Assembly (NCBI GenBank): GCA_039583615.1
Contig: JAVKSQ010000004.1
Location: 5,162 to 69,161, forward strand
Reading direction: 5' to 3'
Length of the DNA stretch: 64,000 bases
Origin: Acidimicrobiales bacterium
GTDB taxonomy: Bacteria > Actinomycetota > Acidimicrobiia > Acidimicrobiales > QHCF01
Program-made: the position numbers and the translations under genes
The notes under the pieces: model-generated
What the model was told of the DNA's origin: nothing
What the model saw: the letters and a program-made list of their open reading frames with translations, nothing else
The model's database searches: none
Shown here: positions 19,213 through 26,557 of the stretch, piece by piece
How positions within the stretch are numbered: position 1 is the stretch's first letter
Layout: each line of letters opens with the position of its first letter

Positions 19213-19854
19213 GTGAGCGGACCAGGCGTTGCCCGGGCTGGTGTCATCGCGGTGGACGGGCCGGCCGGGGCAGGGAAGTCCACGGTGGCCGCCGCGGTGG
19301 CCAGCCAGCTCGGGCTGGACCGCCTGGACACCGGGGCCATGTACCGGGCGGTGACCTGGGCCGCCCTGCGCCAAGGGATCGACCCCGAAGACGGGGATGC
19401 CCTTGGCCGCCTGGCCGGCCGGTTGACCATCGAGGTGGGCCCGCCGGTTCTGGTGGAAGGCGATGACGCCACCACCGGCATCCGGGGCCCGGAGGTGACC
19501 GGCGCGGTGTCGGCGGTGGCCGCCCATCCGGGCGTGAGGGCCGAGCTGGTCCGCCGCCAGCGGGAGTGGGCGGCGGCCCGGGGCGGGGGAGTGGTGGAGG
19601 GGCGGGACATCGGCACGGTGGTCTTCCCCGACGCCCGGCTCAAGGTGTTCCTCACCGCCGACTGCCACGAGCGGGCCCGGCGCCGGGCCCTGGAGGGGGC
19701 GGGTACCGGGACCACCGAAGAGCTGGCTCGCCGGGACCGCCTCGACTCGGCCCGCCAGGCCTCCCCGTTGGCGGTGGCCGAGGGGGCTCTGGTCATCGAC
19801 ACCACCGGGCGCAGCGTCGACGAAGTGGTGGAGGAGATACTGGGCGCATGCTGA
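19213..19854 (+). CDS. cmk: cytidylate kinase
   Basis: IAVDGPAGAGKSTVA P-loop followed by LDTGAMYRAVT. Confidence 0.92.
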   Translation: MSGPGVARAGVIAVDGPAGAGKSTVAAAVASQLGLDRLDTGAMYRAVTWAALRQGIDPEDGDALGRLAGRLTIEVGPPVLVEGDDATTGIRGPEVTGAVSAVAAHPGVRAELVRRQREWAAARGGGVVEGRDIGTVVFPDARLKVFLTADCHERARRRALEGAGTGTTEELARRDRLDSARQASPLAVAEGALVIDTTGRSVDEVVEEILGAC

Positions 19855-20597
19855 TGGAGCTGCCTGGTCCCGCCCGGCCGGCGGGCAGGCCAGCGGAGGC
19901 GGTCCTGGAGCAGGCCCCGGGGCCGGCCGCCCGGGCGTGGTACGGGTTGGCGTCGGCGGTGGTGAGGCTTTGGTGCCGGGTGTGCTTTCGCCTGGCGGTG
20001 GAGGGACGGGAGAACCTGCCGTCATCGGGTCCCTACGTCCTGGCACCGGTGCACCGGTCCAACATCGACTTCCTGTTGGTCTCCACCGTGGTCCGCCAGC
20101 GGGTGAGGTTCATGGGCAAGGAGTCGCTGTGGAAGGTGGCCGCCCTGGGCCGGTTCATCGCCTCGCTGGGGGCCTTCCCGGTGCGCCGGGACAAGGTGGA
20201 CCGGGTGGCGCTGCGGCGCTGCGTCGAGATCCTGGCCAATGGGGAGCCGCTGACCATCTTCCCCGAGGGGGCGCGCCAGTTCGGTCCGGTGGTCTCCGAG
20301 CTGTTCGAGGGAGCGGCCTACGTGGCCGCCCGCGCCGGGGTGCCGGTCGTCCCGGTCGGCATCGCCGGGTCGGAGGCAGCCATGCCCAAGGGAGCCAAGC
20401 TGATCCGACCGGTCAAGATCCACCTGGTCCTGGGACGTCCCCTGTGGGGCCAGCCCCATGGGCAGGCGGGCGCCGGGAAGGTGTCCCGCTCCGAGCTGCG
20501 CCAGCGCACCGACCAGCTGCGGGTGGCGCTCCAGGAGGTGTTCGATCAGGCCCGGGCGCTCCGGGGACGACGATCCGACGGTAGTCCCGACACATGA
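19848..20597 (+). CDS. plsC: 1-acyl-sn-glycerol-3-phosphate acyltransferase
   Basis: HX4D motif APVHRSNIDF and a FPEG motif. ATG 19848 overlaps the cmk stop (ATGCTGA). The upstream part of the ORF-track entry overlaps cmk and is rejected. Confidence 0.85.
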   Translation: MLMELPGPARPAGRPAEAVLEQAPGPAARAWYGLASAVVRLWCRVCFRLAVEGRENLPSSGPYVLAPVHRSNIDFLLVSTVVRQRVRFMGKESLWKVAALGRFIASLGAFPVRRDKVDRVALRRCVEILANGEPLTIFPEGARQFGPVVSELFEGAAYVAARAGVPVVPVGIAGSEAAMPKGAKLIRPVKIHLVLGRPLWGQPHGQAGAGKVSRSELRQRTDQLRVALQEVFDQARALRGRRSDGSPDT

Positions 20598-20771
20598 TCC
20601 CGCTCCCGGCCACCCGACTGCGGCCCAACAAACTGTGGGGGACTCTCTTATCCAAAGTTCGACCATGGAACGCGGCTCGAGACGGGTACTTGTCGCTGAC
20701 CTCGCTCCTCGGCCCCCTCAGGAGCCTGCGCCCACTGGCTCTGTGCTGACCCTTGTCGTTGACGCGACGTC

Positions 20772-21035
20772 TCAGGCTCGCGCTACCAGCCTGCGCAGGG
20801 GGAGGTCGATCTGGCGGCCCATCCAGCCCTCGGCCACCCGCATGGTCGCTCGCTCAGCCCAGGGCAGCGGGTCGCACTGGTGGTCCCGGGCGCCGGGCTG
20901 GTTGGCGGGCGGCCGAAGTACACAGCGGTTTGGCGTCTGTTTCTCCCCCGACGGTACTCGTGTGAGGATCGTCGACAAGGTCCCCGTCCTCGTCCCGGTC
21001 ATGCTGGCCCTTCTCGGTTCCTTGGGGGCAGGCAC
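20772..21035 (-). pseudogene. truncated 3' remnant of a methyltransferase paralog
   Basis: The 87-aa ORF ends …KEP…RVAEGWMGRQIDLPLRRLVARA. This aligns with the C-terminus of the 22995-23678 methyltransferase (…KEP…RVAEGWVGSQIGLPLRRLVAIR). The core DNA is 34/38 identical (20808-20845 vs 23031-23068). There is no SAM-binding N-terminal half. Confidence 0.55.
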
Positions 21036-21069
21036 AGCGGTGGGCGGCGTCTCGCTTCCGCCAGCTCAG

Positions 21070-21393
21070 TTATTGGGACGGTTGCTGGAGGTACACGAGG
21101 CGGTCCTCGAGTTCCTCGTCGAGCAAGGCGCCGATGGCTGCAGCGATCTTGGGAATGCCGCTGGGACGGCGGGAGAAGCGGGAGGAAAGCGCGATCAATA
21201 CCCCCGGATGATGTCCACCTGCGGTGAGGCGCTCGGTGGCGATCCGGGCGAAGTCCGCGACATTCTCGGTGAGCAGCACGTACCCCTCCGTCGTGGCGGA
21301 GGCCAGGACATCGGGGTCGGACCGTCCGGCCAGCCCCCGTTCGGCAACGGTGGACGTCTCGATACCATCGGCCTGTAGCGCCTGCGGGTACAT
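21070..21393 (-). CDS. DUF5615-family (PIN-like) putative toxin
   Basis: GRSDPDVLASATTEGYVLLTENVADF…HPGVLIAL pattern. The conserved LLLDE N-terminal motif is encoded just upstream of the first ATG, so the true start is probably at or near CTG 21414. Confidence 0.65.
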   Translation of the reverse strand: MYPQALQADGIETSTVAERGLAGRSDPDVLASATTEGYVLLTENVADFARIATERLTAGGHHPGVLIALSSRFSRRPSGIPKIAAAIGALLDEELEDRLVYLQQPSQ

Positions 21394-21410
21394 CTCATCG
21401 AGCAGGAGTC

Positions 21411-21800
21411 TCAGGCGCTGGATGCCGCAGCCGTCTCGCGCCGGTGCAGTTCGACTCGGGCATCAACTTCATCCGGGTAGGCAGCCCGGTAGCGCAGGGC
21501 GGCATCGATGTGTGGCCGGGTGAGGGTCGACTCCTCGGCAAGAACAGCCGCTGGGTCCCGCTCGCCCGATAGGTCCTCCACCCACATGACCACCTCCCAG
21601 ACGTCAGGACCGCCGATCACCCCGGCTCGGCGGCCGGTGGGTCCGTCGCGGAAGGTGATCAAGGGATGTTCGTCCTGGCGAACCCCTTCCTCGGCGTAGC
21701 GCCGCAGCCGATCTGACAGCGTCTCTCCTGAGGCTCGCGCCCTGAGCCGCAGCCGCTGGGCCAGGCTGTCCTCCAAGCGGACCGACACGTTCTCAGACAT
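21411..21800 (-). CDS. RHH + DUF433-domain putative antitoxin
   Basis: N-terminal ribbon-helix-helix-like VSVRLEDSLAQRLRLRA. DUF433-like ITFRDGPTGRRAGVIGGPDVWEVV…LTRPHIDAALRY. ATG 21800 is preferred over 21827. Confidence 0.6.
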   Translation of the reverse strand: MSENVSVRLEDSLAQRLRLRARASGETLSDRLRRYAEEGVRQDEHPLITFRDGPTGRRAGVIGGPDVWEVVMWVEDLSGERDPAAVLAEESTLTRPHIDAALRYRAAYPDEVDARVELHRRETAAASSA

Positions 21801-22018
21801 GTCGTTAGTGTAGTACTTTGTCCACAACAGCTTCCAGCAACATGCTCTGGGCGGCCATGTACATCACAAGGCGCTGCCTCGCACCACTTGACCTATCTCA
21901 GGCGAGCGGGTCAGTCACGGTCCCCACTTCACGGGGAGAGAGCCACCATGCGTACTCCGGCGTGTGGTCAGAGTGACGGTTTGCCCTGGGGCCGCGCGTA
22001 GGGAGGTAGGAGCCGGGA

Positions 22019-22060
22019 CAGGGTGGCCGCCGCTGGCGGCAGGGTGGCCGCCGCTGGCGG
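22019..22060. repeat. 21-bp perfect tandem duplication (cagggtggccgccgctggcgg x2), each copy holding a GCCGCC/GGCGGC hairpin
   Basis: Read directly; lies immediately 3' of the diiron oxygenase stop codon on the minus strand. Confidence 0.9.
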
Positions 22061-22065
22061 CAGGG

Positions 22066-22980
22066 CTAGCCCCGAGCGGCGCCGCCGGTGTCGACCTGGC
22101 AAAGCCGCCGCCAGCCGCCCGGAACGCGGCCCCGGCGGAAGATCCCGGCGTCGAGGACCGCTCCCAGTACGGGCCGGGTGGCCTCGACCCGGAGGGTGAC
22201 CCGCTCGGGGGTGCGGTTGGCCGCCCACCAGGTTCCCCACCGGGGCAGGCCGGCGGCCTGGTAGACGCCGGGGTGGACGATGAGGTCGAACATCGCCCTG
22301 ACCACCCACGGCGCCAGGTGGCGAACGGCGAACCGGTCGGTCCAGTCCGACCTGGCCCAGTGCTCGGGCAGCACGGTGCGGGCGAATGCCAGGTGCCGGG
22401 CCTCCTCCTGGCGGTGGTACAGGTTGACCTGGACCAGGAACGGGTCGCTGTCGGGGTGCCCGGCGACCAGCTTCTGGAACAGGTCGGGGATCTCCTCGCC
22501 GGCCAGCACCAAGACGTCGAGCAGGGCCGGCCGGCAGATGACCATGAGGACGCCCAGTCGCAGCAGGCGCCGGGCCAGCCAGCGGTCGAGCGGGTTGCGC
22601 GCGGTCGGGGCAAGCTGGCCCAGGAGGCGGCAGAAGAGCCGGGAGTGACGGCTCTCCTCTCCCATCTCGTGCAGGGTGTAGACCACCCGGGCATCGGTCA
22701 GCTGCCGAGCGCTCACCAGCGCCAGAGCCAAGCCACTTACCAAGACGGCCTCGAATCGAAGTCCTACCTCGACGATGGAGGCCACCTCCTCCCTCGACAG
22801 CCGGGCTATCTGGCCCGGGCTGAGGGGCAGGCCCAGGCCGCACACGCTCAGGAGGTCGGTGCCGATCACGGCTCCCGGTCCGAGCTCCCCGGGGATGTCG
22901 AGGTCCGGCTCGACCACCCGCCGGAGGGAGGCGGCACAAAGCCGCTCGACACGCCCGTCCGTGCTGGTGGCGCTGGCCAT
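22066..22980 (-). CDS. AurF-like diiron oxygenase family protein
   Basis: 304 aa with two ExxH-type metal motifs in helical context (EMGEESRHSRLF and HRQEEARHLAFA), typical of the ferritin-like diiron oxygenase/N-oxygenase family. Confidence 0.6.
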   Translation of the reverse strand: MASATSTDGRVERLCAASLRRVVEPDLDIPGELGPGAVIGTDLLSVCGLGLPLSPGQIARLSREEVASIVEVGLRFEAVLVSGLALALVSARQLTDARVVYTLHEMGEESRHSRLFCRLLGQLAPTARNPLDRWLARRLLRLGVLMVICRPALLDVLVLAGEEIPDLFQKLVAGHPDSDPFLVQVNLYHRQEEARHLAFARTVLPEHWARSDWTDRFAVRHLAPWVVRAMFDLIVHPGVYQAAGLPRWGTWWAANRTPERVTLRVEATRPVLGAVLDAGIFRRGRVPGGWRRLCQVDTGGAARG

Positions 22981-22994
22981 GGCTCCTCCGCCCG

Positions 22995-23678
22995 CTAGCG
23001 TATCGCCACCAGGCGGCGGAGCGGCAGCCCGATCTGGCTCCCCACCCAGCCCTCGGCCACCCGCACGGCGGCCCGCAGCCGGCCGGCGGGGATGCCGGGA
23101 AGGTACAGGGAGCGAACGAGGGACCGGGCCTGCTCCGGGCTGTCGACCGAGAAGGTGAAGCGTCGCCGCTCGTCGGCCACCAGGCCCAGACCGGCGCGGC
23201 CCAGCGGGCCAGCCGGCTCCTTAAGCTCGGCGTCGTTGGGATAGCTGAGGCGGCTACGACCCAGCGCCGCCAGGAGGTGGGCGTAGCGGGCCCGGTCGCC
23301 AGGCGTAAGTGGTTGCGAGGACGCCAGCAGGGCCACCAGCGTGCCGCCGGGGCGCAGCAGCCGGCCCACCTCGCCCAGGGCGGCCCCCAGGGGCTGGACG
23401 AGCATGAGGGCCATCGAGCAGGCGACCACCCCCACCGCGGCGGTGGCGACGGGAACGGCCAGGGCATCGCCTCGCACGAGCGGGGCCGCCCCCCGGTCCC
23501 GCGCCAGGCGCAGCTCGGTCGCCGAGCTGTCCAGACCGACCCAGCGTCGACCTTGCAGGTACGGCCACAGCGGGCCGTTGCCGCAGGCCAGGTCCAGCAC
23601 CGCCCGGCCAGGTGGGATCGCCTCGCCCAGCCACTGATAGGGGGACTGGCCTCCGTGGCGGGCGTGGGCCAGGACCAT
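22995..23678 (-). CDS. class I SAM-dependent methyltransferase
   Basis: Motif I VLDLACGNGPL and a downstream acidic loop. Its stop lies 14 nt from the oxygenase start. Confidence 0.8.
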   Translation of the reverse strand: MVLAHARHGGQSPYQWLGEAIPPGRAVLDLACGNGPLWPYLQGRRWVGLDSSATELRLARDRGAAPLVRGDALAVPVATAAVGVVACSMALMLVQPLGAALGEVGRLLRPGGTLVALLASSQPLTPGDRARYAHLLAALGRSRLSYPNDAELKEPAGPLGRAGLGLVADERRRFTFSVDSPEQARSLVRSLYLPGIPAGRLRAAVRVAEGWVGSQIGLPLRRLVAIR

Positions 23679-23761
23679 CTCGGTGATGCCGGGACGCTCC
23701 TGGTGGAAGCCCTCCAGGTAGCTGCGCCAGTCGACGTCCTCGCCGTGGCGGCGGGACGGAG

Positions 23762-25147
23762 TCAGGAAAAGCAGTAGGAGTCGGAGGAGGCGTCGCCGCC
23801 CTGGAGGCGAACCTGGTGGACACGCAGGCCGCGGAAGTCGGTGACGAAGAAGTCGGGATCCAAGGCGATTCCCCCGCCAGGGTCGGCGTCCGCCTTGACC
23901 ATCCAGGCTCCCACCCCGTCGGGGTAGAACTGGTCGTCCCAGGCGCCGTAGAGGGAGTTCGTGAAGTAGACGCGCCGCCCGTCCCGGCTGACCTCCACCA
24001 TCTGGGGGCCGCCCCGCAGCTCGGCGTCCGACGACGGGTGAGGGGCCTTGGCCACGATGCCGCCGATGTTGAGCGAGCCGGCGAGCTCGGGGTGGAGGGG
24101 ATCACTGACGTCGTACTGGCGCAGCTCTCCCGTGCCCCAGCAGGACACGTACAGGAAATGATCGTCAACCGACAGGTCGATGTCGGTCACCAACGGGGGA
24201 ACGGCCCCGAAGCCCTGGAGCAACGGCGGCAGGACGCTGGCCTCGGCGGGCTGGGCCGGGATGTCGATGACCTTGGTGATCTCCCACTTTCCATGGTCAC
24301 GGTGCCAGGCCCAGATGGACGCTGACAGGTCCTCCACGCTGACCACCACGCCGAGGAAGCCGTAGGTGTGGTCGGGGTGATGGGCCGGGCGCAGCTCCAG
24401 GGCCATCTGGTACTGGTCGCCGAGGTCGAGGGTCTGGAGGTGGCGCCGCCCGGCCATGTCCCAGAGATGGATGGCGTGGCCGTACTGGCGGCCCAGCAGC
24501 AGCTCGGGCACGATGCCGTCCTCGATCATCGACGGCGTGCCCCATTCGCTGGTCACCATCACGCCTGCCTTGAGGTGCCACCAGAAGTCGTAGGCCAGGT
24601 ACTGAGGGCCCCGATCGAGCTCCCAGCGCTCCGTTACGTCGAAGGTGGAATGGTCCAGCATGGCGATGCCGCCAGGGCCGTCCTGGCCGGCCCCCCCGAG
24701 GGCCGACAGGAACAGCCCGTCGGGGCCGCAGTGCAGGGTGTGGGGGCGGGAGTAGCCTGCTCGGCGGGCCAGCTGGTCAGCCTGGATGACCCGGTCGAGC
24801 CTTGGCCGGCGGGGATCGGGCTTGGTGTCGACCACGTTGATCCGAGACGACCGTATGCCGGGGACCAGCAGGTACCGGCGCTCCATGTGGCCAGGGTCGT
24901 GCCCGGAGTGGCAGAGGGCCGAGCTGCAGGCGTTCCAGCCGAAGTGGTGCAGCTCGTCTCCCACCTCGGGCATGTCCAGCCAGCCGACCACCTGGCCGAA
25001 GTCGGAGGCCGACTTGTCCACCCCCACCACGGCCAGGGCGTCGGGACGGCTGCCGCCGCCCCGGTGGAAGGCGGCCACATAGGCCACCTCCTCGGCCGGC
25101 GCGGCCGCCGCCTCCTGCGGGGTGCGGTAGAAGGTCGGATCTGCCAC
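23762..25147 (-). CDS. selenium-binding protein (SBP56) / methanethiol-oxidase family protein
   Basis: FYRTPQEA…YVAAF…LAVVGVD…FGQVV…GDELHHFGWNACSSALC are SBP56 hallmarks. GTG 25147 is preceded by AAGGAGG; the ORF-track start 25225 is less likely. Confidence 0.8.
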   Translation of the reverse strand: MADPTFYRTPQEAAAAPAEEVAYVAAFHRGGGSRPDALAVVGVDKSASDFGQVVGWLDMPEVGDELHHFGWNACSSALCHSGHDPGHMERRYLLVPGIRSSRINVVDTKPDPRRPRLDRVIQADQLARRAGYSRPHTLHCGPDGLFLSALGGAGQDGPGGIAMLDHSTFDVTERWELDRGPQYLAYDFWWHLKAGVMVTSEWGTPSMIEDGIVPELLLGRQYGHAIHLWDMAGRRHLQTLDLGDQYQMALELRPAHHPDHTYGFLGVVVSVEDLSASIWAWHRDHGKWEITKVIDIPAQPAEASVLPPLLQGFGAVPPLVTDIDLSVDDHFLYVSCWGTGELRQYDVSDPLHPELAGSLNIGGIVAKAPHPSSDAELRGGPQMVEVSRDGRRVYFTNSLYGAWDDQFYPDGVGAWMVKADADPGGGIALDPDFFVTDFRGLRVHQVRLQGGDASSDSYCFS

Positions 25148-25236
25148 GTGGCCTCCTTGGCTCGGTCGCTGTCTCGACTGGTCGCTCGGGTCGGTTCTAT
25201 CAGTTGCCGTCGGTCTCGGGGCCACGCGCCGGGCGT

Positions 25237-25283
25237 TTCTTTGGACGCCTCACTACGAAAAGCGCCTAGAAGCGTCCAAAGAA
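25237..25283. promoter_or_regulatory. 12-bp perfect inverted repeat TTCTTTGGACGC-N23-GCGTCCAAAGAA (operator-like)
   Basis: Read directly. Lies in the AT-richer divergent region between the SBP56 gene and the DUF488 gene. A third TCCAAAGAA half-site is at 25303-25311. Confidence 0.45.
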
Positions 25284-25407
25284 CAGGAGCCGCCCAGAAG
25301 TATCCAAAGAAGGTCAGCCGGGTACGACAGGGCGCGGCCGGGTACTACCTGGAAGGAGAGCCGGAGGCCGGGCAGCCAGCCCGGGGAAGGCAGGGTGAGC
25401 CGAGCAG

Positions 25408-25770
25408 TTGTCCACCGAGCGACCGGTGCGGGTGCGCCGGGTCTACGAGGAGCCTGGGGCCGAGGACGGCACCCGGGTGCTGGTCGATCGCCTCTGGCCC
25501 CGCGGGCTGAGCAAGGCCGACGCCCACCTCGACCAGTGGTGCAAGGCGGTCGCCCCCTCCGCCGAGCTGCGCCAGTGGTACGCCCACCAGCCGGAGCGCT
25601 TCGAGGAGTTCGCCCGGCGCTACCGGGACGAGCTCGAGGACCCGGAGCCCTCGGGGGCCCTGGCTGAGCTTCAGGAGCTGGCCCGCCAGGGCACCCTCAC
25701 GCTGCTCACCGCCACCAAGCGAGTGGACCTGAGCGCAGCGAGGGTCCTGGCCGACCTCCTGCCTGGCTGA
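25408..25770 (+). CDS. DUF488 (YeaO-like) family protein
   Basis: RRVYEEP…[32 protein letters not shown]…LRQWY pattern. Confidence 0.75.
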   Translation: MSTERPVRVRRVYEEPGAEDGTRVLVDRLWPRGLSKADAHLDQWCKAVAPSAELRQWYAHQPERFEEFARRYRDELEDPEPSGALAELQELARQGTLTLLTATKRVDLSAARVLADLLPG

Positions 25771-25813
25771 CGGGCGGCGGTGCCCCTCCGGCCGGCGCCT
25801 AGGCTGCGGGCCT

Positions 25814-26557
25814 GTGCTGGGGCTACCGGAGGGAGTGAGGGCGTGCCTCTTCGACCTCGACGGAGTCCTCACCCAGACGGCCAAGGTCCATGCCGCTGCC
25901 TGGAAGGAGATGTTCGACGCCTATCTGCGGAGGCGGGCCGATCGGACCGGCGAGGGCTTCGTCGCCTTCGACCCGCACGAGGACTATGACGCCTACGTCG
26001 ACGGCAAGACCCGGGCCGACGGGGTCCGGTCGTTCCTGGGTTCCCGCCACCTCCAACTGCCCGAGGGCAGCCCCGACGATCCGCCGGCCGCCGAGACGAT
26101 CCAAGGCCTCGGGAACGCCAAGAACGAGATCCTGCTGCGCCGGATCCGAGCCGACGGGGTCGAGGCCTACGAGGGGTCGGTCCGCTACGTGAGGGCGGTC
26201 AAGCAGGCAGGCCTGCGTCGAGCGGTGGTTTCCTCCAGCGCCAACTGCGCCGACGTCCTGGCCGCGGCGGGCATCGAGGACCTCTTCGAGGAGCGGATCG
26301 ACGGCGTGGTGATCGAGCGGGACAACCTGGCCGGCAAGCCGGCGCCCGACACCTTCCTGGCCGGGGCGGACGCCCTGGGGGTGGCGGCGGCCGAGGCGGC
26401 GGTGTTCGAGGATGCCCTGGCCGGCGTGGCCGCCGGCCGGGCCGGCCGGTTCGGCTACGTGGTGGGGGTGGACCGGGTGGGCCAGGCGGAGGCTCTGAGG
26501 GCCCACGGGGCCGACGTGGTGGTGGACGACCTGGCCCAGCTGCTCGAGCCGGCGTGA
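25814..26557 (+). CDS. pgmB: beta-phosphoglucomutase-family HAD hydrolase
   Basis: HAD motif [10 protein letters not shown], plus the cap and motif III/IV pattern. It overlaps the downstream GH65 gene by 4 nt. Confidence 0.8.
   Translation: MLGLPEGVRACLFDLDGVLTQTAKVHAAAWKEMFDAYLRRRADRTGEGFVAFDPHEDYDAYVDGKTRADGVRSFLGSRHLQLPEGSPDDPPAAETIQGLGNAKNEILLRRIRADGVEAYEGSVRYVRAVKQAGLRRAVVSSSANCADVLAAAGIEDLFEERIDGVVIERDNLAGKPAPDTFLAGADALGVAAAEAAVFEDALAGVAAGRAGRFGYVVGVDRVGQAEALRAHGADVVVDDLAQLLEPA

Noticed and set aside
20458-21378. 306-aa plus-strand ORF covering the plsC 3' end, the intergenic region and the antisense of the toxin gene.
   Set aside because: No motifs. It overlaps better-supported minus-strand genes (the methyltransferase remnant and the DUF5615 toxin) and crosses a clear intergenic region.
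21968-23467. 499-aa and 259-aa minus-strand ORFs and a 344-aa plus-strand ORF overlapping the diiron oxygenase and methyltransferase genes.
   Set aside because: These are alternative frames of the same GC-rich DNA. Only the 22066-22980 and 22995-23678 frames carry ExxH and SAM-binding motifs.
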